The translations under genes were made by a program, and so were the position numbers. 39,258 nt of DNA from positions 1 to 39,258 of the IMG/VR virus record IMGVR_UViG_3300028629_000022. One strand, 5' to 3'. This stretch comes from a virus (Duplodnaviria > Caudoviricetes). The notes under the pieces are model-generated. The model had not been told where the DNA came from. It saw only the letters and a program-made list of their open reading frames with translations, and did no database searches. Positions 1-8,561 of the stretch are shown here, piece by piece. Position 1 is the stretch's first letter. Every line of letters starts with the position of its first letter.

Positions 1-24
1 GATGTCGTTTTCCGCTTCAAACAT
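1..24 (-). CDS. 5' part of a hypothetical gene running off the left end (MFEAENDI...)
   Basis: ATG at 24-22 overlaps the TGA of the upstream ORF (TGATG coupling). The frame is open to the window edge. Confidence 0.45.
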
Positions 25-266
25 CACTCGCCTTCGATCCGAACCTCATCCACAGAAAAGTCTTCCGAAGCATCAATGAAGACCTTTGCGGGCTCTTTGT
101 CCTCACCGTCTATGTAGATATTCGCCTCTTGCGGAATAGCGCAAAGTGCTGTTTCAATTGCTCTTTCTCTGCACTCGGCAATTAGCTCTCCATCATGCAG
201 GATTGGCCCCTCCGGAAGACTGACTTGCACCTCTAAATCCAACCGAACTATGATCACGTCCATCAT
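24..266 (-). CDS. acidic hypothetical protein (80 aa)
   Basis: ORF with AGGAG SD upstream, tightly packed in the minus-strand operon. Confidence 0.7.
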   Translation of the reverse strand: MMDVIIVRLDLEVQVSLPEGPILHDGELIAECRERAIETALCAIPQEANIYIDGEDKEPAKVFIDASEDFSVDEVRIEGE

Positions 267-275
267 TCACTCCTG

Positions 276-587
276 TTAAATTCTCCCGCTGTTAAATTGG
301 GAGGCTGTTTTTTTACCTTCTCCGCATTTCAGGCAGTTCCCGGCGCTGTCCCAACCGTGGGGGCCGTGCGCTTCTCTCGGCGGTCCTGCCGTTACCAGCC
401 AGCGGCCTGTGTTTCCTGCGGCTAGGTGTTTCGTCAGCCAATTGGCCGCATTTCCGGGGCTGTCCGTGGCACCGACAAAATCAGTCCACGGCGGATCTTG
501 TTCGCGGTGGTAGTCGTCCGTTACGGTGGCTATTTTGTTTAGGTGTTTTTTATTCCCGGTTCTTTTGGTGATAAAGCACTTGTACAT
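276..587 (-). CDS. hypothetical protein (103 aa) with C-terminal His/Cys putative metal-binding motif
   Basis: GAAAGGA SD 8-9 nt before ATG; H-x3-H...CLKC motif. Confidence 0.7.
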   Translation of the reverse strand: MYKCFITKRTGNKKHLNKIATVTDDYHREQDPPWTDFVGATDSPGNAANWLTKHLAAGNTGRWLVTAGPPREAHGPHGWDSAGNCLKCGEGKKTASQFNSGRI

Positions 588-624
588 TGTGCGCGTCCTT
601 TCTGGTAGTGGTTGGGCCTTGCCG

Positions 625-1602
625 TCAAGCGAAAAGCGGCAAGGACTTGCTCATCTTCTCGGCTTCGATCTTCTCCGGTGTCGGTGTGCTTTCTTCGTCC
701 TGGTACGCCGTCTTTTCCTTCAAGCCCGCACAACACAGGATATAATCGGCGGCCTTCTGTGCCTTTCCAGCTGCGCGAAAAAGGGTGTCGGGCTTGTCCT
801 TGAACATCTTAACCCATGTCGCTAGATATGCCGTATGTTCGTGGTGGTACTCGTACCCACAAAAGGCGGCAAGGAAAGCGCCTCCGATTTCCGCGACTAG
901 TTCTTCAAAGGCGCGGCCTTCCCCCTGGTAAACGTGGGGCCGATTGGCGCGATCCTTCGGGGCCGTCCAATGTGTCAGCTCGTGAAAGGCCGTCGAATAG
1001 AACGCTTCATCCGATTTCCAGGCCGTTCGCTCCGGTAGTTCGATTAGGTCCTTGGCGGGGCAAAAGGCGGGCTGGTTTCCGCGATAGAAAATCCGGGCTC
1101 CGCTCATTGTCAATATCCGCTCGGCTGTCTCGTTCGGCTTCAATTCGCGGGCCTGGGTCTTTCGTGGTTTCAATCCTTCCGTTTGATCCAGGTTGAAAAC
1201 GATGTAAGTTTTTACCCAAGCGCGGGTTTTCCCGCCTGGGACGGGCTTACCGTCCTTGTCTGTTTCGCGGTCAAAGGACCAGAAAAAGACGGGGCTTCCG
1301 TGTTCACCCTTCTTGATACGGCCTTCACCATCCGCGCATTGCTTGAAGGTAAGCCATTGCTCGGACGTGTATCTCCTTTTCTCGCTCGTCCAAGCGAGGG
1401 AAAGCGTATTCATCCCGTTGTAGGATCTCCCGGTTTTCCAATTCATCATGCCACGGGAAAACCACGGCTTTTCCCACGGCGGGGCCTCTCCCTTTTCCAT
1501 GCTTTCGATTATGTTTTTGACAAGTTCTTCCATTTTAGCGCCCATGTCTTGTATCTCCTTTCCAGTTAGTTTTATCCCATTGTGGGGGTTATCGTCCGGC
1601 AT
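625..1602 (-). CDS. ardC: ArdC-family anti-restriction protein (ssDNA-binding N-domain plus zincin-like metallopeptidase domain)
   Basis: Motifs PPWEKPW, YNGMN, WLTFKQ, IKKGEHG, VFNLDQTEG, FHELTHWT (HExxH) and AFEELVAEIG are characteristic of ArdC. Confidence 0.9.
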   Translation of the reverse strand: MPDDNPHNGIKLTGKEIQDMGAKMEELVKNIIESMEKGEAPPWEKPWFSRGMMNWKTGRSYNGMNTLSLAWTSEKRRYTSEQWLTFKQCADGEGRIKKGEHGSPVFFWSFDRETDKDGKPVPGGKTRAWVKTYIVFNLDQTEGLKPRKTQARELKPNETAERILTMSGARIFYRGNQPAFCPAKDLIELPERTAWKSDEAFYSTAFHELTHWTAPKDRANRPHVYQGEGRAFEELVAEIGGAFLAAFCGYEYHHEHTAYLATWVKMFKDKPDTLFRAAGKAQKAADYILCCAGLKEKTAYQDEESTPTPEKIEAEKMSKSLPLFA

Positions 1603-1610
1603 CGTCAGCG

Positions 1611-1850
1611 TTACCGCTCACCTAACAGAGTGCCTTCTTGATAGTCTGCAATGGCAAGCAATTGATCAAAACAAATAGGAGGTTCATCCGGATTTTTTGC
1701 GTTTTCAATGGCTTTTCTAGGCGTTTCCCCATATCCAAGGAGGTTGTTTTTTTCAGCAACAAAAAATCTTTTTCCGTTACTTACTTTTGCGTAAACCCCA
1801 AAACCATCGATAATTTGTGGGGTATACCCGCCATGTGTTTGTGCGTCCAT
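1611..1850 (-). CDS. hypothetical protein (79 aa)
   Basis: GAAAGGA SD, operon packing, GYGETPRKAIENA motif. Confidence 0.7.
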   Translation of the reverse strand: MDAQTHGGYTPQIIDGFGVYAKVSNGKRFFVAEKNNLLGYGETPRKAIENAKNPDEPPICFDQLLAIADYQEGTLLGER

Positions 1851-1862
1851 TTTGATTTCCTT

Positions 1863-2228
1863 TCAGGCGTTTGCGGCTTCGAGTTTCAATTCAAGGGCAA
1901 CTTGGTCCCGGCCCCGGTCCTGGGGATCCTCCTCGGGGGCATAGTCGGGGTGGCAAAGTGGGAGGTTTCCGCACTCCATTTGCATCCCGCAATCGTCGGC
2001 AAGTTTACAGGTACAACAAGGGCAATCCTCGGTATGATCGGTAGCGTCACCGCAAGCGGGGCACGTTGGCGGCTCATCTTCCTGCGTGTCTCGGGCGTGG
2101 AGGGGGTCGCAAGTGCGGCAAAGGATTCCGTCGAGCGTGTCCCGGTATGGGCGGCCTATACGGCCCGGGCGGTCGGGGTCCGGGGCCTGCGCTCCTACTG
2201 GCTGGTGGCAAGCGGTGCAAGTGGTCAT
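1863..2228 (-). CDS. Cys-rich putative zinc-binding protein (121 aa)
   Basis: AGGAGG SD at 2241-2236; multiple CxxC pairs (CTAC, CRTC, CPAC, CPCC). Confidence 0.7.
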   Translation of the reverse strand: MTTCTACHQPVGAQAPDPDRPGRIGRPYRDTLDGILCRTCDPLHARDTQEDEPPTCPACGDATDHTEDCPCCTCKLADDCGMQMECGNLPLCHPDYAPEEDPQDRGRDQVALELKLEAANA

Positions 2229-2252
2229 CTGGCGGCCTCCTGTTAGTTGTGT

Positions 2253-2304
2253 GGTTTCGGCCTTGGTAGCGGCCTCATCAGCGGGGGCTTTACCCCCGGA
2301 CCCC
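2253..2304 (-). ncRNA. type III hammerhead ribozyme (candidate)
   Basis: Minus strand reads GG-GUC / stem I CGGGGG-UAAAG-CCCCCG / CUGAUGA / stem II GGCC-GCUACCAA-GGCC / GAAA-CC. The conserved core is complete, stem III is short, and the site is intergenic. Confidence 0.8.
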
Positions 2305-2317
2305 TTGCGGGGTCTGT

Positions 2318-2569
2318 CTACTGCGTCAGGTCCAACGTCCGATAACCCATTGACGCGAAGTCCTCGAGGGCCTTGAGGCTTGATAACAGCGTGTCAAGGT
2401 GAACAACGCGAAGCGCCCCTGTACCCCTGCGGAACGTGATCGAGTACGTCCCGCCGACTGTCTCGCGCATAACGGCGGCCTTGGGTTCCACGACCGACGA
2501 CCCTTGGCCAAACGGCCTAGGGTACCCCGACTCCCGCCTTGTGCTGGTGTTCCTGCTGATGGTCTGCAT
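2318..2569 (-). CDS. hypothetical protein (83 aa), first gene of the leftward early operon
   Basis: GGAGG SD upstream; lies just downstream of a sigma70-like promoter. Confidence 0.65.
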   Translation of the reverse strand: MQTISRNTSTRRESGYPRPFGQGSSVVEPKAAVMRETVGGTYSITFRRGTGALRVVHLDTLLSSLKALEDFASMGYRTLDLTQ

Positions 2570-2629
2570 TGTCCCTACCTCCCTTATCTGTCGTATTTAT
2601 CGGGGTTTATTTTCTCCCCTACATAACAA

Positions 2630-2657
2630 AATATATCATACTTCTTCCAACACGCAA
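2630..2657 (-). promoter_or_regulatory. leftward sigma70-type early promoter
   Basis: Minus strand TTGCGT-16 bp-TATATT with TG extended -10 and an upstream T-tract. Confidence 0.6.
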
Positions 2658-2700
2658 CAAAAAAAGAAAGTATTTTTCATGCCAAATCTAACCCCGTCCG

Positions 2701-2751
2701 TGTAAAGTTTCTTTACACCTCCTTATCTCCCTACTGTAAACAATCCTTACA
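2701..2751. promoter_or_regulatory. two palindromic operator-like sites TGTAAA-N5-YTTACA
   Basis: 2701-2717 TGTAAAgtttcTTTACA and 2735-2751 TGTAAAcaatcCTTACA, between the divergent promoters. Confidence 0.6.
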
Positions 2752-2754
2752 CCC

Positions 2755-2784
2755 TTGACACCACATCCCATCCCGCCTTACCAT
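2755..2784 (+). promoter_or_regulatory. rightward sigma70-type promoter, probably leaderless for TerS
   Basis: TTGACA(2755-2760)-18 bp-TACCAT(2779-2784); ATG 6 nt later with no SD. Confidence 0.65.
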
Positions 2785-2790
2785 CTACCC

Positions 2791-3588
2791 ATGACCGATA
2801 TCATGGCCCAGCGTCAGGATCCCGAGTTTGAGGCCAAGCGCCTTTCCGCCCTCCGCGAGTCCCTCAAACATAAAAAACGTTACAAAAACTCCCCAGGTCC
2901 TCCCCTAGACGGCGGCGCCTCTCACCCTTGGGATCCACGCGACAAACCCCCATCAACAAACACCAACACCAACAACGGTAACAACGTCCCCTATATCCCC
3001 TCATCTGCTACCGTTGCTGACGTCCTCAAACGATTCCAGGACGACGATCAGGAACCACCTCTACCTCTCCACTCCTACATACCCAAAGAACAGCAGGACG
3101 TTATAGTTAGGTCCGCTGTACGCGGCGCGCCCGCGAGTTTTTCCGACCTTCCCGCCGGGTGGCACGCGCTCATAGTGGAAGTTTTTTTGGACTACACGCT
3201 TTCGGGAGGCCGAACAAAGATAAAGGTCATCTGTCGGCGCTGTGGTGTAACCCGGGCGGCCTGGGACCGGCTGATTAAATCGCGTTGGGGTCCGTCTATA
3301 TGCAGGTGGTATGAAGGCCTGGTACGCGATATGGTCCGCTTCCGGCTTGGGCCTATACTCAATAAACTGTGTGATAACGCGGAACGGCGCGGAAACGTCA
3401 AAGCCATTGAATTACTTGCCAAACTGACTGGCCTTCTTCGAGCGGACGGCGACGCACCGATGCCGGTCCCCGTTCAATGGTCGCGGCAAGCTCCGCGTGT
3501 ACCAAAGCAGGCCGGGGCTTCCAGCGCTGACAATGCAGGGGAGAATAAACCGCCTGACAACGGGCCGGGGACTACAGGCGCGGATTAA
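2791..3588 (+). CDS. putative terminase small subunit (HTH)
   Basis: Upstream of TerL; HTH-like IKVICRRCGVTRAAWDRLIK and GNVKAIELLAKLTG motif typical of phBC6A51-like TerS proteins. Confidence 0.6.
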   Translation: MTDIMAQRQDPEFEAKRLSALRESLKHKKRYKNSPGPPLDGGASHPWDPRDKPPSTNTNTNNGNNVPYIPSSATVADVLKRFQDDDQEPPLPLHSYIPKEQQDVIVRSAVRGAPASFSDLPAGWHALIVEVFLDYTLSGGRTKIKVICRRCGVTRAAWDRLIKSRWGPSICRWYEGLVRDMVRFRLGPILNKLCDNAERRGNVKAIELLAKLTGLLRADGDAPMPVPVQWSRQAPRVPKQAGASSADNAGENKPPDNGPGTTGAD

Positions 3589-4308
3589 CTCTATTTGACT
3601 ATACGCTGTTTCCTACTTCCTGCCGTTCGCCTGTAACCTAATACATCCGATAGGATACCTTATGGTGTACGCTGTGCCGTGATCCCTTCGCCGTGACGAA
3701 TGGATACCAGTCTAGGCCGTGAATTCCGATTCGGTTTTATGCGTAATTATACCGTCGCGCTACGCTGTGCATCCCGCGACCGAAGGGAGCGGGGCCGTTG
3801 CTGTACACGCTAGGCCCCACCCCCCCGTTCGGATTGCCCCACCGGGTAGATTCATTTGACTTTACACCTAGGCCAACGCGCACATGGGGGTAAGAAACCG
3901 CCGGGAGGGAGGGGTAAGTTCGGGAAGTGCAGGGAGCGCTGGTGTAATTGTCGCTGTAATTATTCTTCGGCTAATTTTGGAAAGTTCGGCAGAATTCGGC
4001 TACAAAGAGGTGACAAATAGGGGTGTCAGAAAGTATTTGTCAAGGTTGGGGTACATGGCAATAGTTTGACACAGGTTTCATGAAAGAGAATTAAACTGTT
4101 TAAGTTGTTGTTTATGAGGGAGAAAGTGCGAAGTCGCCGAATTTTACCGAACTTGCCGAAAATCGCCGTTAGATATAGTTGTAGTTGTAGTTGTAGTTGT
4201 AGTTGTAGTTGTAGTTGTAGTTAGAGTTATAAAAACTACTAGTAGTGCTGTTGTAGTAGGTAGTGCTGTTAGGACTGAATCCAAAGACGATCGATTCTCG
4301 ATCGATGA
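3589..4308. other. long non-coding region with repeats, candidate pac/terminus and/or replication origin
   Basis: No convincing ORF; TACGCTGT x3, CTAGGCC x3, ATTTGACT x2, a switch from C-rich to G-rich, a long inverted repeat and a microsatellite. Confidence 0.45.
4176..4222 (+). repeat. (TAGTTG)n microsatellite, 7 full copies plus TAGTT
   Basis: Read directly from the sequence. Confidence 0.95.
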
Positions 4309-4344
4309 TTGACAGCAAGGCAAAGACGATGGAAAATCCAAGGC

Positions 4345-5937
4345 ATGATAGAACCTACTGATTTTGAGCGCCTATTCGGCGGGAGTGACGATGAGCCGGA
4401 ACCAGATGGGGTGGCGCTCGATTATCGGGCGTTTCTGACGGACGATGACGGGGCCGAGGTTCGGGCGCAAGATCAGGGGTGGGTTGCTCAATGCGACCAC
4501 GCTGCCGAGTTTTATGACGACGAGACAACCAGGAATCTATGGCTCCGGGGTGGTGTTGGATCTGGAAAGTCCACGACCGCGTACCAGAAGGCCGTCAAGA
4601 TGGGGTTGGCCTATCCCGGGCTGAAAACCCTTATTACGCGCACGACCGGGCCGATGCTCCGCGCAACGTCGTGGGAGCATTTTTGTAGTATTCTGCCAAG
4701 GTCGTTGGTCGCCAAGGAAAACCTGAATCCATACCCGTTTATCCGGCTGACGAACGGCTCCGAGTACCATTTCATCCCGTTCAACCATGAGTATATCGAG
4801 AAAATCGGCTCCCTGACCCTTGGGCTTATCGTGGCCGAGGAATCCCATTTGTTCCGCCCGGGCGTGGATATTTATTTCTCACACCGTCTGCGCCAAAAGT
4901 ACGGGAAGGGTATCGACAAGTTCGGCAATACCTTCACGTCAGAGATCCCCCGCCAATGGGTCTGGTACGTCGGAAACCCTAATGGCCGTGACTGGCTCTG
5001 GAAACTCTTTGAACGCGATAAGTCCGACAAGAATTATCGCTCCTTCCAATGCTCGACCTATTGCAATATAGCCAACCTGCCCGAGGACTTCATACGGCAG
5101 TTGGAGAAATACCCGGAACATATTCGCAAACGTTGGGTCCTCGGAGAGTGTGCCGAAAACGCCGGGTCCGTGTTCCCCATGTTCGACCGCTCCCTTCATG
5201 GCCTCCACCTCCCAGGATGGCTCCCACAACGCCATTGGCTTGTCTATTTCGGCATGGATACCGGCTTCCGATCCCCAACGGCGGGGGTGTGGATGAGCGT
5301 CGATGAAAAGGGCAACGTCGTCGTTTTTTCGGAGTACTACCGCTCCCTTCGCTCCGCCCCGCAAAACGGCAAGGCCATCCAGCATCAGCACCTTGAATTG
5401 CGGAAAAAAGGCATGGCCGAACCGATGATCTGGAAAATCGACCCCGCCTCCCACCAGCATAGGGGCGAGAACGAGGAAGGCCGCACCATCTACGACCAGC
5501 TCCTTCCCTGGCTCCCGCAGTTGTCCTTCGGCTCGAAAGACTGGAACGGCCGTACATCGAAAATCAATACCATGCTCGAACCCGATCCCGATAACCCCGT
5601 TCACCCCTATACCGGCGCTGTCCGAAAAGAGGGTTGGCCCCACCTGTTCATAACCGATAATTGCGAAAACCTAATGCGGGAAATGGAGGAATACCAATGG
5701 AAAACCGTCAAGGACGATATTTCCCCGCTCAAGGAGGAAGCCGAGGAACGCAATGATCATTGCATTGACGCCCTAGGCTATGCCATCATCGAAATCACCC
5801 AGGCCGCCTCCAAATCCCCCGAGGAAATGGCCGCGTGGCTGGCCTCCGAACAGTACCGCCTCGAAAAACACAAGGAACAAGCCCTCAAACAGTTCGACCG
5901 CCATTCCCACACCCGCTATCGGGACCACCTGCTGTAA
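4345..5937 (+). CDS. terL: terminase large subunit
   Basis: Walker A GGVGSGKS, Walker B IVAEE, GNP motif, nuclease GMDTGF and NDHCIDALGY. The start could instead be TTG 4309. Confidence 0.92.
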   Translation: MIEPTDFERLFGGSDDEPEPDGVALDYRAFLTDDDGAEVRAQDQGWVAQCDHAAEFYDDETTRNLWLRGGVGSGKSTTAYQKAVKMGLAYPGLKTLITRTTGPMLRATSWEHFCSILPRSLVAKENLNPYPFIRLTNGSEYHFIPFNHEYIEKIGSLTLGLIVAEESHLFRPGVDIYFSHRLRQKYGKGIDKFGNTFTSEIPRQWVWYVGNPNGRDWLWKLFERDKSDKNYRSFQCSTYCNIANLPEDFIRQLEKYPEHIRKRWVLGECAENAGSVFPMFDRSLHGLHLPGWLPQRHWLVYFGMDTGFRSPTAGVWMSVDEKGNVVVFSEYYRSLRSAPQNGKAIQHQHLELRKKGMAEPMIWKIDPASHQHRGENEEGRTIYDQLLPWLPQLSFGSKDWNGRTSKINTMLEPDPDNPVHPYTGAVRKEGWPHLFITDNCENLMREMEEYQWKTVKDDISPLKEEAEERNDHCIDALGYAIIEITQAASKSPEEMAAWLASEQYRLEKHKEQALKQFDRHSHTRYRDHLL

Positions 5938-5973
5938 ATTTTCTTTACACATCACGCCAAGCAGTTGTATATT
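5933..5973 (+). promoter_or_regulatory. operator TGTAAA-N5-TTTACA overlapping a sigma70-like leaderless promoter
   Basis: TGTAAAttttcTTTACA at 5933-5949; TTTACA-18 bp-TATATT(5968-5973); ATG at 5980. Confidence 0.55.
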
Positions 5974-5979
5974 TCAGGC

Positions 5980-6324
5980 ATGATAACCCTGCTCCTTGTG
6001 TGCAACCTCGTTGCATCGTGCGCGTTGGCGTATATCGCTTTCCAAAACGCGAAGAAAATGTCAGACCTCAAGAAGTCCGTCCTCGAAACCAAAAAGTCAT
6101 TCGACAATTTCGTTCACCCGAAAATCAAAGCGACTTCCGCGAAGAAACCAGAAGTGGAACCGGTCAAATCCCTGGACGGAACCAATGGACAGCATGAAAA
6201 GGCCGTACCCGTCCCTCGGTCGGAGCAGGAAGAAAAGATCGAAAAAGTTGGACGGGAAATAGGGGTCAAGGGCATCGAGTTCCGCAGGCGACAAGCCGCC
6301 TCCGGTAGAAACGTGGTGCTGTGA
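5980..6324 (+). CDS. small membrane-anchored hypothetical protein
   Basis: N-terminal hydrophobic helix MITLLLVCNLVASCALAYIAF followed by a charged tail; stop overlaps the portal start. Confidence 0.65.
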   Translation: MITLLLVCNLVASCALAYIAFQNAKKMSDLKKSVLETKKSFDNFVHPKIKATSAKKPEVEPVKSLDGTNGQHEKAVPVPRSEQEEKIEKVGREIGVKGIEFRRRQAASGRNVVL

Positions 6325-8561
6325 TGAAAGTCAAGGCGATCCTCTACCCGAAAAAGAAAGTCGAAGCGTGGCAACGCGAAATTGAGGAAAAAGTAGAGCG
6401 GTGGAAAGAGGCCCGCCGGCCGGCCATTGAACAGTTTCAAACCAATCTCGCCCTTTACACCGGCCATCACTACATGGCTTTCGATCCGAACCGGGGCGAG
6501 TTGGTCGATGCCCCGCCCCTGTATGACGATCAAGTGCGGGTCACGTTCAATTTTGTACTGCCGAAGTGCAGAACTGCAATCGCCAAAAACACCGAGAACG
6601 CTCCTTACGCGCAATCCATCCCGAACAGCAACGAGGAACGGGATATCAGAGCCGCCCGTATCGCGGAAGCCATTACCAAGTACGACTACCGTTCTAAGGG
6701 CCTCGCACAGAAATATAACTTCCTGTCGATGGATGATGTTGTGTTCGGGGAAGCGTGGTTGTTCACGACCTGGTACAAGTATTCCGGCCAAACCTACAAG
6801 AAGTACAAACAGGAACCCGCCATGGAGGAATACACCCCGGGCGAGGGCGAAGCGTGGGGCGAGGACGAGTATGGCAATCAGGTCAAGCCGAAACGGCAAA
6901 AGGTAGGCGAGGACGGCAACGTGGTTATGCAGAACGCCGTCGGTGCAGACGGGGAGCCGGTCATCGAAGAAGAAATCCCCGAGGGTGATGTGAAGTATGA
7001 GAGGGTTTTGCCGTCGTGCGTGTTGTTCGATTCGTCCGTTTCGGAAATTGAGGAACTTCCGGACGTGGCGCGACGGGAATGGAAATCCATCGACTACATC
7101 AAACGAACATTCCCGAATTGCTCCGATATCACCGGGGATCACGACAGCCGCGACCAATGCGACGACGTTTACATGACCCTTTACGGTCATGGGTTCCAGC
7201 CCGTAGGCGACCAAAAGGAAAAGGGCGCGTATGTGGTGCAGTATTACTCGAAAGCGTGTCACGAATACCCCGAAGGTCTGTACATGGTGATCGTGGAGAA
7301 CAAGGTTCGCGTCTGTGAACCGCTTTTCGGATTGCGCGGGAAACGGTTGCCGTGTTCGCAAGCGAGGTACTTTGCCATCCCCGGTTGCCTTCGTGGCATC
7401 GGGCTTCCCGAATTGCTGGCCTCTCCTCAACAGACCTACAACAAACTGATGAGCCAGATCGTCGAGAACGCGATTCGGGTCATTAATATCAAGGTACTGG
7501 TGCGCGGCGGGGAAAAGGTTTCGGCCTTGACGAACGAAGTGGGCCAGGTCGTCGAGTATTGGGGAACCAAACCCGACTACTGGCAACCTGCACCGCTCCC
7601 GCAGACACATCACCAAACCCTCGCCACCGTCCGGGGAGCGATTCACTCAATATCGGGGATATCCCCGATTTCCGAAGGCGAAACCGATCCATCCATCAAT
7701 TCAGGGGAGCAGGTCGCTGAAATGCGCGAGAACGACCAGCGCAAGCACAACCCCCAGGTGGATGATTTCGTTTCGATGATCTGCGACTCCATCCACCTTG
7801 CGTTGACGTACTACGCCGAGGGGGTCACCGAGGAACGCATGGTCCGCATCGTTGGCGACGACAAGAGGGCTGATGTGGTGAAGTTTGTCGGGGCGGACAT
7901 TGGCGAGAACGTGGACGTACAGCAAAGACCGTCGAGCATGAATTTCTATTCACGGTCGTCCGAGCGCAAGACGATCCTGACGATGTTGGAAACCGGGGTC
8001 GTGGACAAGTTGCCGCCCGACAAGCAATCAGCGTTCTTGCAGAAGGCCATCGAGCGGTTGAATTTCAGCGAGGCGGACAAGTTTATCGGTGAAATGAATA
8101 TCCACTCCGCGAAGGCAAGGCGCGAGAACGACGACATGGATCGCGGAATCCCGGCATACGTTATGCCCTGGCATGACCCCGACGTGCATATCTACGAGCA
8201 TGAGAACCACATCAACAGCAACGATTTTGAAATGCTCGACGATGATGCGAAACAGATCAACGTCGCTCACCTGGAAATGCACTACGCGAAACGCAATCAA
8301 CAGCTGGACGAGGAAGCCGGACCCGCACCGGGTTTACAGATGGGCTTGCCTGGGATGGAGCCAGCCGGGCAGGGTGGAGTTCCGCCCCAAGCCGAGCAAG
8401 CCGGTCCTGGCCCTGTGCAGGGTTCGCAAATGCCGCCGTCGGGAAGAAACCCGCTGGCGGCGCTTGGTATGCCTCCAATGCCGCAAGGCGGAGGCACGAT
8501 CCCGCCGCCTCCGGGCGGGGGACAGGTCACAACGCCTTTCAGGGGGTTGGGTAATGGCTGA
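6321..8561 (+). CDS. portal protein
   Basis: 746 aa, follows TerL, GIGLPELL..PQQTYNK and ISGI..ISEG portal-like motifs, Pro/Gly/Gln-rich C-terminal tail. Confidence 0.85.
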   Translation: MMKVKAILYPKKKVEAWQREIEEKVERWKEARRPAIEQFQTNLALYTGHHYMAFDPNRGELVDAPPLYDDQVRVTFNFVLPKCRTAIAKNTENAPYAQSIPNSNEERDIRAARIAEAITKYDYRSKGLAQKYNFLSMDDVVFGEAWLFTTWYKYSGQTYKKYKQEPAMEEYTPGEGEAWGEDEYGNQVKPKRQKVGEDGNVVMQNAVGADGEPVIEEEIPEGDVKYERVLPSCVLFDSSVSEIEELPDVARREWKSIDYIKRTFPNCSDITGDHDSRDQCDDVYMTLYGHGFQPVGDQKEKGAYVVQYYSKACHEYPEGLYMVIVENKVRVCEPLFGLRGKRLPCSQARYFAIPGCLRGIGLPELLASPQQTYNKLMSQIVENAIRVINIKVLVRGGEKVSALTNEVGQVVEYWGTKPDYWQPAPLPQTHHQTLATVRGAIHSISGISPISEGETDPSINSGEQVAEMRENDQRKHNPQVDDFVSMICDSIHLALTYYAEGVTEERMVRIVGDDKRADVVKFVGADIGENVDVQQRPSSMNFYSRSSERKTILTMLETGVVDKLPPDKQSAFLQKAIERLNFSEADKFIGEMNIHSAKARRENDDMDRGIPAYVMPWHDPDVHIYEHENHINSNDFEMLDDDAKQINVAHLEMHYAKRNQQLDEEAGPAPGLQMGLPGMEPAGQGGVPPQAEQAGPGPVQGSQMPPSGRNPLAALGMPPMPQGGGTIPPPPGGGQVTTPFRGLGNG

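Noticed and set aside
4144-4341. Poly-Thr ORF on the minus strand
   Set aside because: It is a by-product of the (TAGTTG)n microsatellite, with no SD or operon context.
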